Positions 12,701 to 25,698 of a stretch of 64,000 bases of DNA are shown piece after piece (position 1 is the first letter of the stretch; each line of letters opens with the position of its first letter). Source of the stretch: Mobula hypostoma (lineage: Eukaryota). The notes under the pieces were generated by a model. It saw only the letters and a program-made list of their open reading frames with translations. It made no database searches and was not told the DNA's origin. The DNA lies in assembly GCF_963921235.1 (NCBI RefSeq), contig NC_086097.1:164426001-164490000 (forward strand). The letters run 5' to 3'. A program made the position numbers and the translations under genes.

Positions 12701-14829
12701 ATGATGGCAGAATATTAATGGTAAGACTCTTGGCAGTGTGGAGGATCAGAGGGATCTTGGGGTCTGAGACCACAGGCCACTCAAAGCTGCTACGCAGATT
12801 GACTCTGTGGTTAAGAAGGCATACGGTGCATTGGCCTTCATCAATCATGGGATTGAGTTTAAGAGCTGAGAGGTAATGTTGCAGCTATATAGGACCCTGG
12901 TCAGACCTCCCTTGGAGTACTGTGCTCAGTTCTGGTTGCCTCATTACAGGAAGGATGTGGAAACCATAGAATGGGTGCAGAGGAGACTTACACGGATGTT
13001 GCCTGGATTGGGAAGCATGCCTTATGAGAATAGGTTGAGTGAACTCGGCCCTTTCTCCTTGGAGTGACGGAGGATGAGAGGTGACCTGATAGAGGTGTAC
13101 AAGATGATAAGAGGCATTGATCATGTAGGATAGTCAGAGACATTTTCGCAGGGCTGAAATGGCGAGCATGACAGGGCACAGTTTTAAGGTGCTTGGAAGA
13201 AGATACAGAGGAGATGTCAGGGGTAAGTTTTCGACGCAGAGACTGGTGAGTGTGTGGAATGGGCTGCCAGAAACAGTGGTGGAGGCAGATACAATAGGGT
13301 CTTTTAAGAGACTCCTGGATAGGTACATGGAGCTTAGAAAAATAGAGGGCTATGGATAACCCTAGGTAATTTCTAAGGTAAGGACATGTCCGGCACAGTT
13401 TTGTGGGTCGAAGAGCCAGTATTGTGCTGTAGGTTTTCTATGTTTCTATGTTTTCTATGCAACAATTATACCAGTGCCTAAGAAGAATAATGAGAGCTGC
13501 CTTAATGCCTATTGCCCGGTAGCATTCACAGCTACAGTGATGAAATGCTTTGAGAGGTTGGTCATGACTAGACTGAACTCCTGCTATCGCCACAATAGGT
13601 CAACGGCAGATGCAATCTCAATGGCTCTCCACACGGCTTTAGACCACCTGGACAACATAAACACTTATGTCGGGATGCTGTTCATCGACTATAGCTCAGC
13701 ATTTAATACCTGATTAAGAAATTGCAAAACCTGGGCCTCTGTACTACCCTCTGCAGTTGGATCCTCGACCTCCTAACCAGAAGACCACAATCTGAGCAGA
13801 TCTCCTCCTTGCGACGATCAACACTGGCGCACCTCAGGGGTGTGTGCTTAACCCATTGCTCTACTCTCTATATACACATGACTGTGTGGCTAGGCATAGC
13901 TCAAATACCATTTATAAATTTGGTGATGATACAACCATTATTGGTAGAACCTCAGATGGAGACAAGAGGCTATACAGGAGTGAGATATGCCAACTTGCGG
14001 AGTGGTGCCACAGCAACAACCTGGCACTCAACATGAGTAATCAAGGAGCTGATTGTGGACTTCCAGAAGGGTAAGATAAAGGAACACATACCAATTTTCA
14101 TAGAGGGATCAGAAGTGGAGAGAGTGAGCAGTTTCAAGTTCCTGGGTGTCAAGACCTCTGAGGATCTAAGCTGGTCCCAAATATCAATGCAGTTATAATG
14201 AAGCAGTTATACTTCATCTGGAGTTTGAAGAGATTTGGTACTGTGTGTCAACAAGTACACTCAAAAACTTCTATAGATGTACCATGGAGAGCATTCTGAC
14301 AGGCTGCATCACTGTCTGGTATGGGTGGGGGGGGGGTGCTACTGCACAGGACCAAAAGACGCTGCAGAGGGTTGTAAGTTTAATCGGCTCCATCTTGGGT
14401 ACTAACCTACAAAGTACCCAGGACATCTTCAAGGAGCCATGTTTCAGAAAGGCAGAGTCCATTATTAAGGACCTCCTTAATAAAAAGGCATGCCCTTTTC
14501 TTACTGTTACCATCAGGTAGGAGGTACAGAAGCCTGAAGGCTCACACTCAGCGATTTGGGAACAGCTTCTTCCCCTCTGCCATCTGATTCCTAAATAAAC
14601 ATTGAGGCTTTGGACACTAACTCACTTTTTTTTATTATATAGTATTTCTGATTTTGCATGATTTTTAATCTATTCAATATACATACACTGTAATTGATTT
14701 ACTAATTTATTTATTATTATTATTTTATTTTGTTTTTTTTCTTCTATATTATGTATTGCATTGAACTGCTGCTGTTAAGTTAACAAATTTCACGTCACAT
14801 GCCGGTGATAATAAACCTGATTCTGATTC
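9725..14829 (+). mobile_element. Rex1/Babar-clade LINE, split by the CR1 at 10405-13458
   Basis: DWTVFRD..., [41 protein letters not shown]; aataaa plus (gattct)n tail. Confidence 0.9.
10405..13458 (+). mobile_element. Near-full-length CR1 (ORF1 zinc finger plus SGNH esterase; ORF2 with an internal deletion near 12160)
   Basis: CAGCQM...HICARC; IGDSIVR; DKLHLN; EN, RT (FADDTK) and C-terminal motifs; (tttctatg)n tail; candidate TSD gcaac (10400-10404 and 13459-13463). Confidence 0.9.
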
Positions 14830-14834
14830 GGATG

Positions 14835-15330
14835 AATCTAACACTTTCCCTCCCACATAGCCCTCCACTTTCGTTCATCCATGTGCCTACCTAAGAATCT
14901 CTTACATGTCCCTAACATATCTGCCGCTATCATCATCCCCAGCAGTGTATTCCATGTACTTACCACTCTCCTTTTGTTAAAGCAAAGAGGACCTTTATAT
15001 TTATTCATCCAGGGCTCTTAATTGCCTCAACTTTATTAAAATAAAATACCAATCTTCTCAAAGCTCATCCAATCTTTCATAATTGTTTAAAATTTCCTTG
15101 TAAACCTCCTCAGCACGCTCTCAGGTACAATAGTAACTTTACTATGCTGTGATGACAGAACTAGAAACAATATTTGTCTGTGCTAAACTGGTATGGTATA
15201 CAGTTCTAGCACAACTCCCTACTGTCATAGCTAATAAAGGAAAAGATCTCATATGCTGTCCTGTTTTAACCTTTTTATTGATCTGACTTGCTGCCTCAAA
15301 ACCTATATACTGTAGATGTATACCCCAAAG
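14835..15330 (-). mobile_element. Degenerate CR1 3' fragment
   Basis: Reverse complement of CR1 C-terminal/3' UTR motifs (ccatgtgcctacctaagaatctctt, accactctc). Confidence 0.55.
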
Positions 15331-15589
15331 TTCCTTAATATCTCCCTTAATATCACTTAATCTTTCAACAATTGTTTTTCTATATTTTCTTACAACATGG
15401 GACTAGGTGAGAGTAAGAGTTCGGCATGGACTAGAAGGGCCGTGATGGCCTGTTTCCCTGCTGTAATTGTTATATGGTTATATGGTAATATATGGTTATA
15501 GAAGGAGACCATTTGGCCCATCAAGTCAATGTAGGCTCTCAGAACATTTCCATTCTCTGTAACATATTTTCTCATCACATTCCCATCAG

Positions 15590-15770
15590 ATTCTATTCCT
15601 CATTTTCACAAAGGGCAATTTATAGCAGTCAATTGACCTGCTATTTGCACATCTCTGGGATATGGGTGGAAACTGGAGTGCCCAGAGGAAATACATGTAG
15701 GCATAGGAAGAGCTTGCAAACTTCACACAGACAGAACCAAAGGTTAGGATGGAGCCAACACTGTGAAGCA
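15590..15770 (-). mobile_element. V-SINE/HE1-like SINE
   Basis: ggaaactggagtgcccagaggaaatacatg...gcaaacttcacacagac is the reverse complement of the V-domain. Confidence 0.7.
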
Positions 15771-16734
15771 CCCCATTATTTTGACCCTCAGCTGAGGAAA
15801 GTACTCACTTATTTTGCCCTTTACTTTTATAGATAGTTTCATGGTGATCCTTCAGCCTCCTCTATTTCAAGGAAAACATGCTAACAATACACTCTCTAGT
15901 TTACGTGCTATATAACTCTAACTGGCAGTATGAGATCAATTGCAGACTCCCTGTGACCGGAACACTATACTGTACTCAGGCAGTGGTTTGTGATCCTCTG
16001 CTGCCATCTATTGACTATTGTTATTTCAAAAAATATACTGAAATTATCATGTATAAACTCTTAAGTACAATCAAACGAATCTTTCTCTCCATTCACTGCA
16101 CACACAAAGTGTTTGAGAGACTGTTACACAGGACCCACCCTTCAGTGTCCAACAGGACCCTCAACTGTATTCTTTCCACTCAGAGGTTTTGCAGTGGCTG
16201 CACTAAGCTTTGATCCATCCCTTGGAATATGCTCCCCACAGAAGATTAGAGATAGTGTTGATACTGGACATGTTCTGCATTAGGTTGCAGCATTTAAACG
16301 TTGTCTGTATTTGTCCAGTTTGACTTGCCTGTTGCTGTCCAGTTGATATGAACAAAGCAGGTGGATACTTTCCACTAACTCAGTCACAACCAAATAAGAT
16401 ATAATTATTCTCTGTGAGCTTAGTTTTAAGTTCAATGTGAAATAAAGATGAATTATGCCAGTGCATCTTAGCCTCTAGGTAAATCTGATTAGTTACTAAG
16501 TTGGATATATGACAACACTTGCATTTCACAGTATTTCAATGGCATTTTGTTCCCCTGCATTTTTCATAACTTCTTTTCTCAAAGACATAAAGACTGATAT
16601 TTCCTTGGAGCTGCTTTGCACCTGTTGCCAAAACTTTGCTAGAAGTTTTATTTCACTCACTCGGGAGGTGTAGACTTGGCTGATTAGGTATGCATTAACT
16701 GCCCATCCTCAAAGATCCCTGAACTTATCAAGAG

Positions 16735-19700
16735 AGCAAGAAGAAATGCACTAGTTATAGGGGATTCCATAGTGAGGGGAACAGACAAGAGATTCTACGA
16801 GCCAGACAAGGATACCCGGATGGCATGTTGCCTCCCTGGTGCCAGGGTACGGGATGTCTCAAATAGGGTCCAGAGAATTCTGAGGAGAGAGGGTGAGCAG
16901 CCAGAAGTCTTGGTACATGTTGGTACCAATTACATAGACAGAAAAAGAGAGGAGGTCCTGAAGGAAGATTACTGGGAGCTAGGAAGAAAATTGAAAAGCC
17001 GGACCTCCAGAGTAATAATCTCAGGATTCCTGCCTCAGACATGCGCTAATGAAGGTAAGAATAGCAGAATTAAGCAGATGAATGTGTGGCTAAGTAACTG
17101 GTGCAGGGGGCAGGGCTTCAAATTCTTGGATCATTGGGATCTATTTTGGGGGGGAGGGTACGACTTATACAAAAACAATGGGTTACACCTGAACTCAAAG
17201 GGTACTAATATCCTGGTGGGATTGTTTAATATAGCTGTTAGGGAGGGTTTAAACTAAGCTGGCAAGGGGAAGGAAACCAGGGTGTTAGGGTCGAGGAAGA
17301 GGAAAATAGAAATAAGTCAAAGATACTGTGCAGCAAAGATGGCAAGAAGGACAGGCAGGTGAATAGACAGAATAATTTGGTGTGTGATAGAAATATAGCA
17401 AAATCGGTAACAAATACTGATCTAAATGTACTGTACTTAAATTCACACAGCATTAGAAATAAAGTGGATGACCTTGTTGTACAGCTACAGGTTAAAAGAT
17501 ATGACATTGTGGCCATCACCGAGTCATGGCTAAATCATGGATGTGATTGGGAGCTGAATGTCCAAGGATACACAGTGTATAGGAAAGGTAAGAAGTTAGG
17601 TAAAGGGGGTGGTGTGGCCCTGATGGTAAGCAACGATATCAAATCACTAGAAAGAAGGGACATACGATCAGAAGAGGTAGAATCCTTATGAGTCGAGTTA
17701 AGAAATGGCAAGGGTAAAAAGACAGCTGCCGGGATGTGGACTACAAGTTACAGCTGGAAATAGAAAAAGTATGTCAGAAGGAAAATATCAGGATAATTAT
17801 GGGGGATTTTAATATGAAAGTGGATTGGGAAAGTCAGGAAGGTACTGGATCTCAGGAGAGGGAGTTTGTAGAATGCCTACGGGATGGCTTTCTGGAGCAG
17901 CTTGTCCAGAAGCCCACCAGGGGATCGGCTGTTTTGCATTGGGTGCTGTGTAATGAACCTGAGGCAATTAGGGAGCTGGAGGTAATGGAACCCTTTGGAA
18001 GTAGTGATCATAATATGACTGAGTTCAGTTTTAAATTTGAAAAGGAGAAGCTGGTATCAGGTGCATCGATATTTCAGTGGAATAAAGGAAATTACAGTGG
18101 TATGAGAGAAGAACTGGCCCAAGTAGATTGGAAAAGTAAGTTAGATGGAGGGACAGTAGAGCAGAATTGGATGAAATCCCTACAAGAAATAAGGAAAGTG
18201 CAGGAAAAATATATTCCAAGAAAAAAGAAAATCATGAATGGAAAAATGGCACAAATGTGGCTAACTAGAGAGGTTAAGGCTAAAATAAAAGCAAGAGAGA
18301 CGGCGTACAAGGAAGCAAAAATTAGTGGGAAAACTGAGGACTGGGCGACTTTTAAAAACTTAACAGAAGGAAACTAAGGAAGTCATTAGGAAAGAAAAGA
18401 TGAATTATGAAAGGAAGTTAGTGATTAACATAAAAAAGGATACTAAGTTTTTTTAAATATATGAAGAGTTAAAGAGTGACACAGGTAGATATAGGACCGA
18501 TTGAAAATGATGCTAGAGAAATTATAATGGCTAACAAAGAGATGGCAGAGGAACTAAATGAGTATTTTACATCAGTCTTCACAGTGGAAGACATTAGCAA
18601 CATACCTGTTAGCCAGAGGTCTCAGGGAATAGAATTAGGTACAGTCAAGATTACTAGAGAGAAAGTGCTTGGGAAGCTAAATGGACTAAGAATAGATAAG
18701 TCTCCCGGACCAGATGATGTGCACCCACGGGTTCTGAGGGAGGTGGCTTTGGAGATTGTGGAGGCATTGGAAATGATCTTCCAGGAATCAATAGACTCTT
18801 GCATGGTTCCAGAGGACTGGAAGGTCGCAGATGTAGTTCCGTTGTTTAAGAAAGGAGGGAGGAAGCAAAAAGAAAATTACAGACCTATTAATCTGACATA
18901 GGTAGTTGGAAAGTTACTAGAGACGACCCTCAAGGACGAGGTTATGAAATACCTCAAGGTGCATGACAAGACAGGCCCAAGCCAGCATGGTTTCAAGAAG
19001 GGAAGATCCTGCCTCACCAACCTATTGGAATTTTTTGATTGAAAAAATAAGATTGACAAGGAAGAGGCTGTGGATGTTGTGTATTTGGATTTTCAAAAGG
19101 CCTTCGATAAGTTGCCGCATAAGAAGCTGCTTAATAAGATGAGAGCCAATGGAATTATAGGAAAGATATTGGAATGGGTGGAGCATTAGCTGATAGGCAG
19201 AAAGCAAAGGGTGGGAATAAAGGGATCCTATTCTAATTGGTTGCCGGTTACCAGTGGTGTTCCGCAGGGGTCAGTGTTGGGACCGCTTCTTTTTACAATG
19301 TATATCGATGATTTAGATTATGGATTAAATGGTTTTGTGGCTAAGTTTGCGGATGACACCAAGATAGGTGGAGGAGCAGGAGGTGTTGAAGAAACGGAAA
19401 GGTTGCAGAGACTTGGTCAGTTTAGGAGAGTGTGCAAAGAAATGGCAGATGAGATACAATGTTTAGAAATGTACGGTTGTACATTGTGGAAGAAGAAATA
19501 ATTGGGCAGATTATTATTTAGATGGGGAGAAAATTCAAAAATCAGAAGTGCAGAGGGACTTGGGGGTCCTCATGCAGGATACCCTAAAGGTTAACCACCA
19601 GGTTGGATCGGCAGTAAGGAAGGCGAATGCTATGTTGGCATTCATTTCAAGAGGAATAGTGTATAAGAGTAAGGAGGTGTTGATGAGGCTCTATGGGGCA

Positions 19701-20272
19701 CTGGTGAGACCTCATTTGGAATACTGTGTGCAGTTTTGGGCCCCCTATCTTAGAACGGATGTAGTGATGTTGGAGAGAGTTCAGAGAAGATTTACGAGGA
19801 TGATTCCTGGAATGCAGGGGCTAACATATGAGGAGCGTTTGTCGGCTCTTGGACTGTATTCATTAGAGTATAGAAGAATGAGAGGGGATCTCATAGAAAC
19901 ATTTCGAATGTTGAAAGGGTTGGACAGAGTAGATGTGGAAAGACTGTTTCCCTTGGCGGGTGAGTCCAGGACAAGAGGTCACAGTCTTAGAATTAGAGGG
20001 TACCCACTTAAAACAGAGGTGAGGAGAAATTTTTTTAGCCAGAGGGTCTTGAATTTATGGAATTCGTTGCCACATACAGCTGTGGAGGCCTGATCATTGA
20101 GGGTGTTTAAGGAGGAGATTGAAAGGTATCTAAATAGTCAGGGTATCAAGGGATATGGGGAAAAAGCCGGAAATTGGAACTAGATGAGAGAATAGTTTAG
20201 TTCATGGTGGAGCAGAGCAGACTTGATGGGCCGAATGGCCTACTTCTACTCCTTTGTCTTGTGATCTTGTGA
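16735..20272 (+). mobile_element. CR1 LINE with esterase ORF1 3' part and near-complete but disrupted ORF2
   Basis: GDS, GTN and GLHLN esterase motifs; ITESW, GDFN, SDHN EN motifs; PQGSVLGP and FADDTK RT motifs; (tcttgtga)n tail. Confidence 0.92.
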
Positions 20273-20879
20273 CCTGAGATTATTTCAGAGAAAATTAAAT
20301 GTCCATTTTCTGCTATAAGTTTGGGACAAACAAGACTGCTAAAGATAGCAGATTTCCTTTCCTAAGGGGCTACAGAGATCCAGATTAGCTTTCATCATAC
20401 TCTTGTAGTTTTATGGTTATCATATGTAGCATCACAGAGTCATAGGAAGTTACAGCACAAATACAAGACCTTTGGCTGGCTAACATTAATGACCTTTGAA
20501 GGACAGTTGGATCGATGCATGGATAGGGAAAGGTTTAGAAGGTTATGGACCAAATGTGAGCAAGTGGGACTAGCTTAAATAGCTAAAGGGCCTGTTTCCA
20601 CATTATGTGACTCTCAAGCTCTCTAACGAACTTCTACAGAAGTACTATATAATTTAAAATTTATTTTTGTTTTTCTTGGAAATGCTGTTTATATGATGCT
20701 TCAGTATATGCCAGTGATAATGCTGCAGATAATTTTTAATCGCTCCTGTGCATACATGTACTTGTGCATCTGACAATAAACCTCAACTTTGACTTTATGC
20801 TTTATGACTCTATGATTCCATGCCAACCATCAATGACCCATTTTTACTCATTTAATTCCCCCTATGTTCTCTTCAACTT

Positions 20880-21095
20880 CCCCTCTACTACTTAAGGATA
20901 ACTTCCTATGACGAGTTAACAACCAAGACACTAACCTTTTGGATGTTAGAGAAAGCCAGATTTCTCAAAGGGAATTCAACCACTTACAGGGCAAAAGTAT
21001 AAACTCCACATAAACACTGCCAGAAGTTTGTATTGAACCTATGTTGCTGGATTTGAGAGGCATCAGTGCTACTAACTGTACTACTGTGCTGGCCC
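20880..21095 (-). mobile_element. Degenerate V-SINE/HE1-like SINE
   Basis: aaactccacataaacactgccagaag...attgaacc...gctactaactgtactactgtgctg (tRNA-head reverse complement). Confidence 0.55.
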
Positions 21096-21354
21096 AAGAT
21101 GCTAACTTTCCATTCTAGATTTACCAAGTTATTTGTAGTTGAATTCCCCAGCTGCCAGGGTGAGACTCAATTTCATGGCTTCAATCAGTAGTCTACAGGC
21201 TTCTAAACACTCATTGTGTGATTTATCTCAGTCCTAAGCTGACAACCCAGTAAACCAGATCAACTGCTAGAAATCTGAAATAAACATAGAAAATGGTGTT
21301 AACTCTCAGCAGGTTAGACTTCAAATCTTCCTTTGGACTGTCACCCCATCACCA

Positions 21355-21770
21355 AAGGTGAGGCCATACTCTCCCAAGCAGTTTGGAAGGTCAAACTTAA
21401 AGGCAGAGTATAGGGTTAATGGCAGGATACTTAGCAGTGTGGAGGAACAGAGGGGACTTGTGGTCTGCATCCATAGATCCTGCAAAGATGCTGTGCAGTT
21501 GATAAGTGAGTTAAGGAGGTGTAAGGGGTGTTGGCCCTCATTAGCTGGGGGACTGTGTTCAAGAACCACAGTGTAATGTTGCTTAATGTTGCTATTAAAT
21601 TCTGCTTAAACCACATTTAGAGTATTGTGTTCAACTCTGGAAGGATGTGGAAGCTTTGGAGATGGTGGAGAAGAGATTTACCAGAGTGTTGCCTGAATTA
21701 GAGAGCATGTCTTATAAGGAAAGTCTGATTAAACTAGGGCTTGTCTCTTTAAAGCAAAGGATGAGAGATG
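21355..21770 (+). mobile_element. CR1 RT C-terminal fragment
   Basis: FGRSNLKAEYRVNGRILSSVEEQRGL; KRFTRVLPEL. Confidence 0.75.
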
Positions 21771-23248
21771 CTGTGATTATACTGTTTCTACCACCTCCTA
21801 TGGCAACTTGTTCCATGTACTTATCATCCTCTGTGTGAATTTCCTCCTTACATCTCCTTTAAATAACTCCCCTTCATCTTAAATATATGTCTTCTAGTTT
21901 TAGACCCCGCCCCTCCTTGGAAAGAGACTGTGACTATCTTGTCTGCCTATACCACTTACTCACCAACATTCCACTCTGTATGTCATATTTGTTCACCACT
22001 CTTAATGGCCTCACTTCACATTTTGTATGAATTCCCTTTCCTGGCTCTTCCCAATGAGTCATTGGGATGTCAATCGTAACCTTTCCTTTGTTTCATTTCC
22101 TTCTTCTCCAGAATTTCAATCACACAAGGCCACGTCAAATCCAAGCTCATTCAAAGTCTATGATGCACCAAAAGCACTGCAGATCCAAAGATCCTAAGAG
22201 GAGTCAACGGGGTAGAATTTGAGATGTTTCCACAATTGGAAGAGTTATGAACTAGGGAATTCTCTGCAACATAAAGGGGTAGTCATTTTAATGTATGGAA
22301 ATTTCTTCTCCCAGGGAGGTGGAATCCAGATCATTTATGATATCAAAAGTAGGGATAGATACTTAGTGAAGGAAAGGATTGAGGGTTATTGGGAACTGGC
22401 TCAGAAGAGGAGTTGAGGCCAGCCATGATTATATTGAATGGTGGGGCATGCTTGGGGGTTTGGTCCTAGCTCCTGCTTTAATTTATGTTCTGTTGTGCTC
22501 GTGGAGTAAAATGTAGCATGTACAATACTTGAATATGAGGTTAGCTTATCAATGATATATTGTTAAATTCAAACTGTTCAACCCATTTCACCTCCACTCC
22601 AGAAACAATGTCTCCACCCCCCAGTCTCAGTCATTGAGCTCAGTACATAGGCAATGCTTGTGTATGTGAACCAGGTGCCTGGTCATTGCTGACTCATTCA
22701 CTGAAGGGTTCAAGAGTTTGTGAGCAGGATGGGGGAAATGGAAGTTGATAGAGGTGTCCAAAATTATGGGCGGGGGGGGGTCCATGAATAGAATAAACAG
22801 CATGATCTATGTTCACATCTGCTACCTCGTGTTAAAACTTTACCCCAGATGGTGAGGATTCTTGCTGATAGATGATATCTTCTACCATATGGAATGGTCT
22901 ATAAACAGAAAACTTAGATTATTATAGGGAGTACAAGTTTGGAGGGGAGAAAAGGAAGGTTTTTTTTGTAGTTTGGAGCACTATACTTTAGGGTGAGAGT
23001 AGACACTCTCACAATATTTAAGAAATATCTAGATAAGCACTTGTGTTATCAAGGCATAAGCTGCTGGCAAATGGGGTTAGCATAGATAGGAACTTGATGG
23101 TCATCTTGGTCGCAGTGGATCTGTATCTTCTCCATGTGATCTGATGACTCTACTATCCTGTTCTAAAAGAGGTGCAAAAGCAGAGGAACCTGGCAGTATC
23201 GTTACACAAATCATTGAAGTTGACAGGACAGATTGAGAAAGTAAAAAA

Positions 23249-23468
23249 CAGGTCCTCCCAAGGTTACAATTGCCTGACTGATGTACAGTTCATACACGTG
23301 AATGAGCATTTGGGAGACTAGCGGGGATGGATTTATTGGTGCCTGCAAAGCTGCAGGCATTTTCTGCTCTCTGGGATTCCAGTTTGCAGCCACATTTCTA
23401 ACTTGCGAACTGTCCTGCTATGAACAGTTCATATGAATGGAACGCTCCTCTACCTTAGAGAGAACCTG
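23249..23468. mobile_element. Possible Tigger/pogo-type MITE
   Basis: Imperfect TIRs caggtcctcccaaggt and accttagagagaacctg; TA TSD not preserved. Confidence 0.35.
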
Positions 23469-24060
23469 TCACAACGAATTTATAATTCTGGTGTTTTTCT
23501 GGCAATAGTTTTTTCATTCTATGTCTCTGGGGTTTAATTTCACCTGCACAGATCTGACAACCTGCCCCGTGCTGAGTATGCACAGCCTGCATGCCAGCAC
23601 TGTTGAAGGGATTCAAACAGATGGACAACCAGTGCTGGGTGCACCTCCCTTATCATCCAGCAGAACCCCCTTCCAAACAATAATTTACTGTTCTCTTTCA
23701 GATTTTGGTGCACTTCCAACATCTTATAACATCAGCATAGGGAGGAGAATGAGGGGGGACCTAATAGAGGTGTATAAGATTATGAGGAGCATAGACAAGG
23801 TCAAATCACACATTTTCCCCCCAGGGAGGGATGTGAAAAACAAGAGGGCATCAATTTAAGATTAGAGGTGATAGATTTAAAAGATAGATCAGGGGTTTCT
23901 TCACACAAAATGTGGTGGGTATGTACGGGGTCTTTCTTTTGTTACATTTAAAATGGCAACTTTGTTATGTTAATCTGGGGAATGCGGCTTTGTTCTGCTA
24001 AACGCTGAAGAGAGTTTGCGCTAACAGTTGTTTTACTTTAAAATGAGATAACAGGGTTCT

Positions 24061-25147
24061 CCCCCATTTCACGTACATCTCCCCCAGTACATCTGCTCTC
24101 ACTCCATCCTCCCGCCACCCCACTAGGAATAGGGTTCCCCTGGTGCTCACCTACCACCCCACCAGCCTCCGGGTCCAACATATTATTCTCCGTAACTTCC
24201 GCCACCTCCAACGGGATCCCACCACTAAGCACATCTTTCCCTCCCCCTCTCTCTCTGCATTCCGCAGGGATCGCTCCCTACGCAACTCCCTTGTCCATTC
24301 ATCCCCCCCCATCCCTCCCCACTGATCTCCCTCCTGGCACTTATCCGTGTAAGCGGAACAAGTGCTACACATGCCCTCACACTTCCTCCCTTACCACCAT
24401 TCAGGGCCCCAAACAGTCCTTCCAGGTGAGGCAACTCTTCACCTGTGAGTCGACTGGGGTGATATACTGCGTCCGGTGCTCCCGATGTGGCCTTTTATAT
24501 ATTGGCGAGACCCGACGCAGACTGGGAGACCGCTTTGCTGAACATCTACACTCTGTCCGCCAGAGAAAGCAGGATCTCCCAGTGGTCACACATTTTAATT
24601 CCACATCCCATTCCCATTCTGACATGTCTATCCACGGCCTCCTCTACCGTAAAGATGAAGCCACACTCAGGTTGGAGGAACAACACCTTATATTCCGTCT
24701 GGGTAGCCTCCAACCTGATGGCATGAACATCGACTTCTCTAACTTCCGCTAAGGCCCCACCTCCCCCTCGTACCCCATCTGTTACTTATTTTTATGCACA
24801 CATTCTTTCTCTCACTCTCTTTTTTCTCCCTCTGTCCCTCTGGATATACCTCTTGCCCATCCTCTGGGTCCCCCCGCCCCACCCTCCTTGTCTTTCTTCC
24901 CGGACCTCCTGTCCCATGATCCTCTCGTATCACCTTTTGCCTATCACCTGTCCAGCTCTTGGCTCCATCCCTCCCCCTCCTGTCTTCTCCTATCATTTTG
25001 GATCTCCCCCTCCAACTTTCAAATCCCTTACTCACTCTTCCATCAGTTAGTCCTGACGAAGGGTCTCGGCCTGAAACGTCGACTGCACCTCTTCCTACAG
25101 ATGCTGCCTGGCCTGCTGCGTTCACCAGCAACTTTGATGTGTGTTGT
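24061..25147 (+). mobile_element. 5'-truncated Penelope-like element inserted in the Gypsy 5' LTR
   Basis: GIY-YIG endonuclease (VIYCVRC...LYIGET...RF.EH, ORF 24291-24752); 12-bp TSD taacagggttct (24049-24060 and 25148-25159); absent from the 3' LTR. Confidence 0.95.
25048..25085 (+). ncRNA. Minimal type-I hammerhead ribozyme of the Penelope pLTR
   Basis: Stem I tagtc/gactg; core CTGACGA 25053-25059; stem II agggtctcggcct; GAAA 25073-25076; palindromic ACGT stem III; GTC cleavage triplet with C at 25080. Confidence 0.75.
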
Positions 25148-25628
25148 TAACAGGGTTCTATTAGCCAATGGGTGGTTACGTATCGTTTTGTTTTCGGATA
25201 CCATGCTGTATGATATGACTGTGGACTGAGTTTTGGCGGGGAGTCGGAGGAGAGACGAGGAAGACCGCGGATGTGTGGAGAGGTTCCGGTTGATCACTCA
25301 GGGTGGTCCCGAGCCATGAGTCAACGGAATTCCGGTGGTCGTCTGAAGTCGAATTGAGCTCCAACGTAGCGCGCAAAGAACTTGGACTTTGATAAGTGTT
25401 GGCGCCTTTTTTTTTCATTATTTTCCTCTCTGTATCAAATGTATATTAATGTCATAGAATTAGTAATATCTATAAAGTGTATTTGTTAAAATTCACTGGG
25501 TGTGCTGGCTGATGATTGATGTTTGTGATTGATTCGGGCGGCGACCGACCCTGTGGGGAGTGTTGAGGCGGGTGCTGGGCTGGATTTCCCCTAGACATAG
25601 ACGAGCCAATATAACTGAACGTTACAAG

Positions 25629-25650
25629 TGGGGGCTACCGTCCTGGATTT
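25629..25650 (+). promoter_or_regulatory. Primer-binding site, tRNA-Pro-like
   Basis: tgggggctaccgtcctggattt versus canonical TGGGGGCTCGTCCGGGATTT, 2 nt after the LTR end. Confidence 0.7.
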
Positions 25651-25698
25651 GGACTTTTTGGGAAAGTTGTACTTGTCGTTGCGGTAAGTGGTGTGAAG

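Noticed and set aside
25176..25418. 80-aa minus-strand ORF repeated at 31689-31931
   Set aside because: It is duplicated only because it lies in both LTRs; no recognisable domain.
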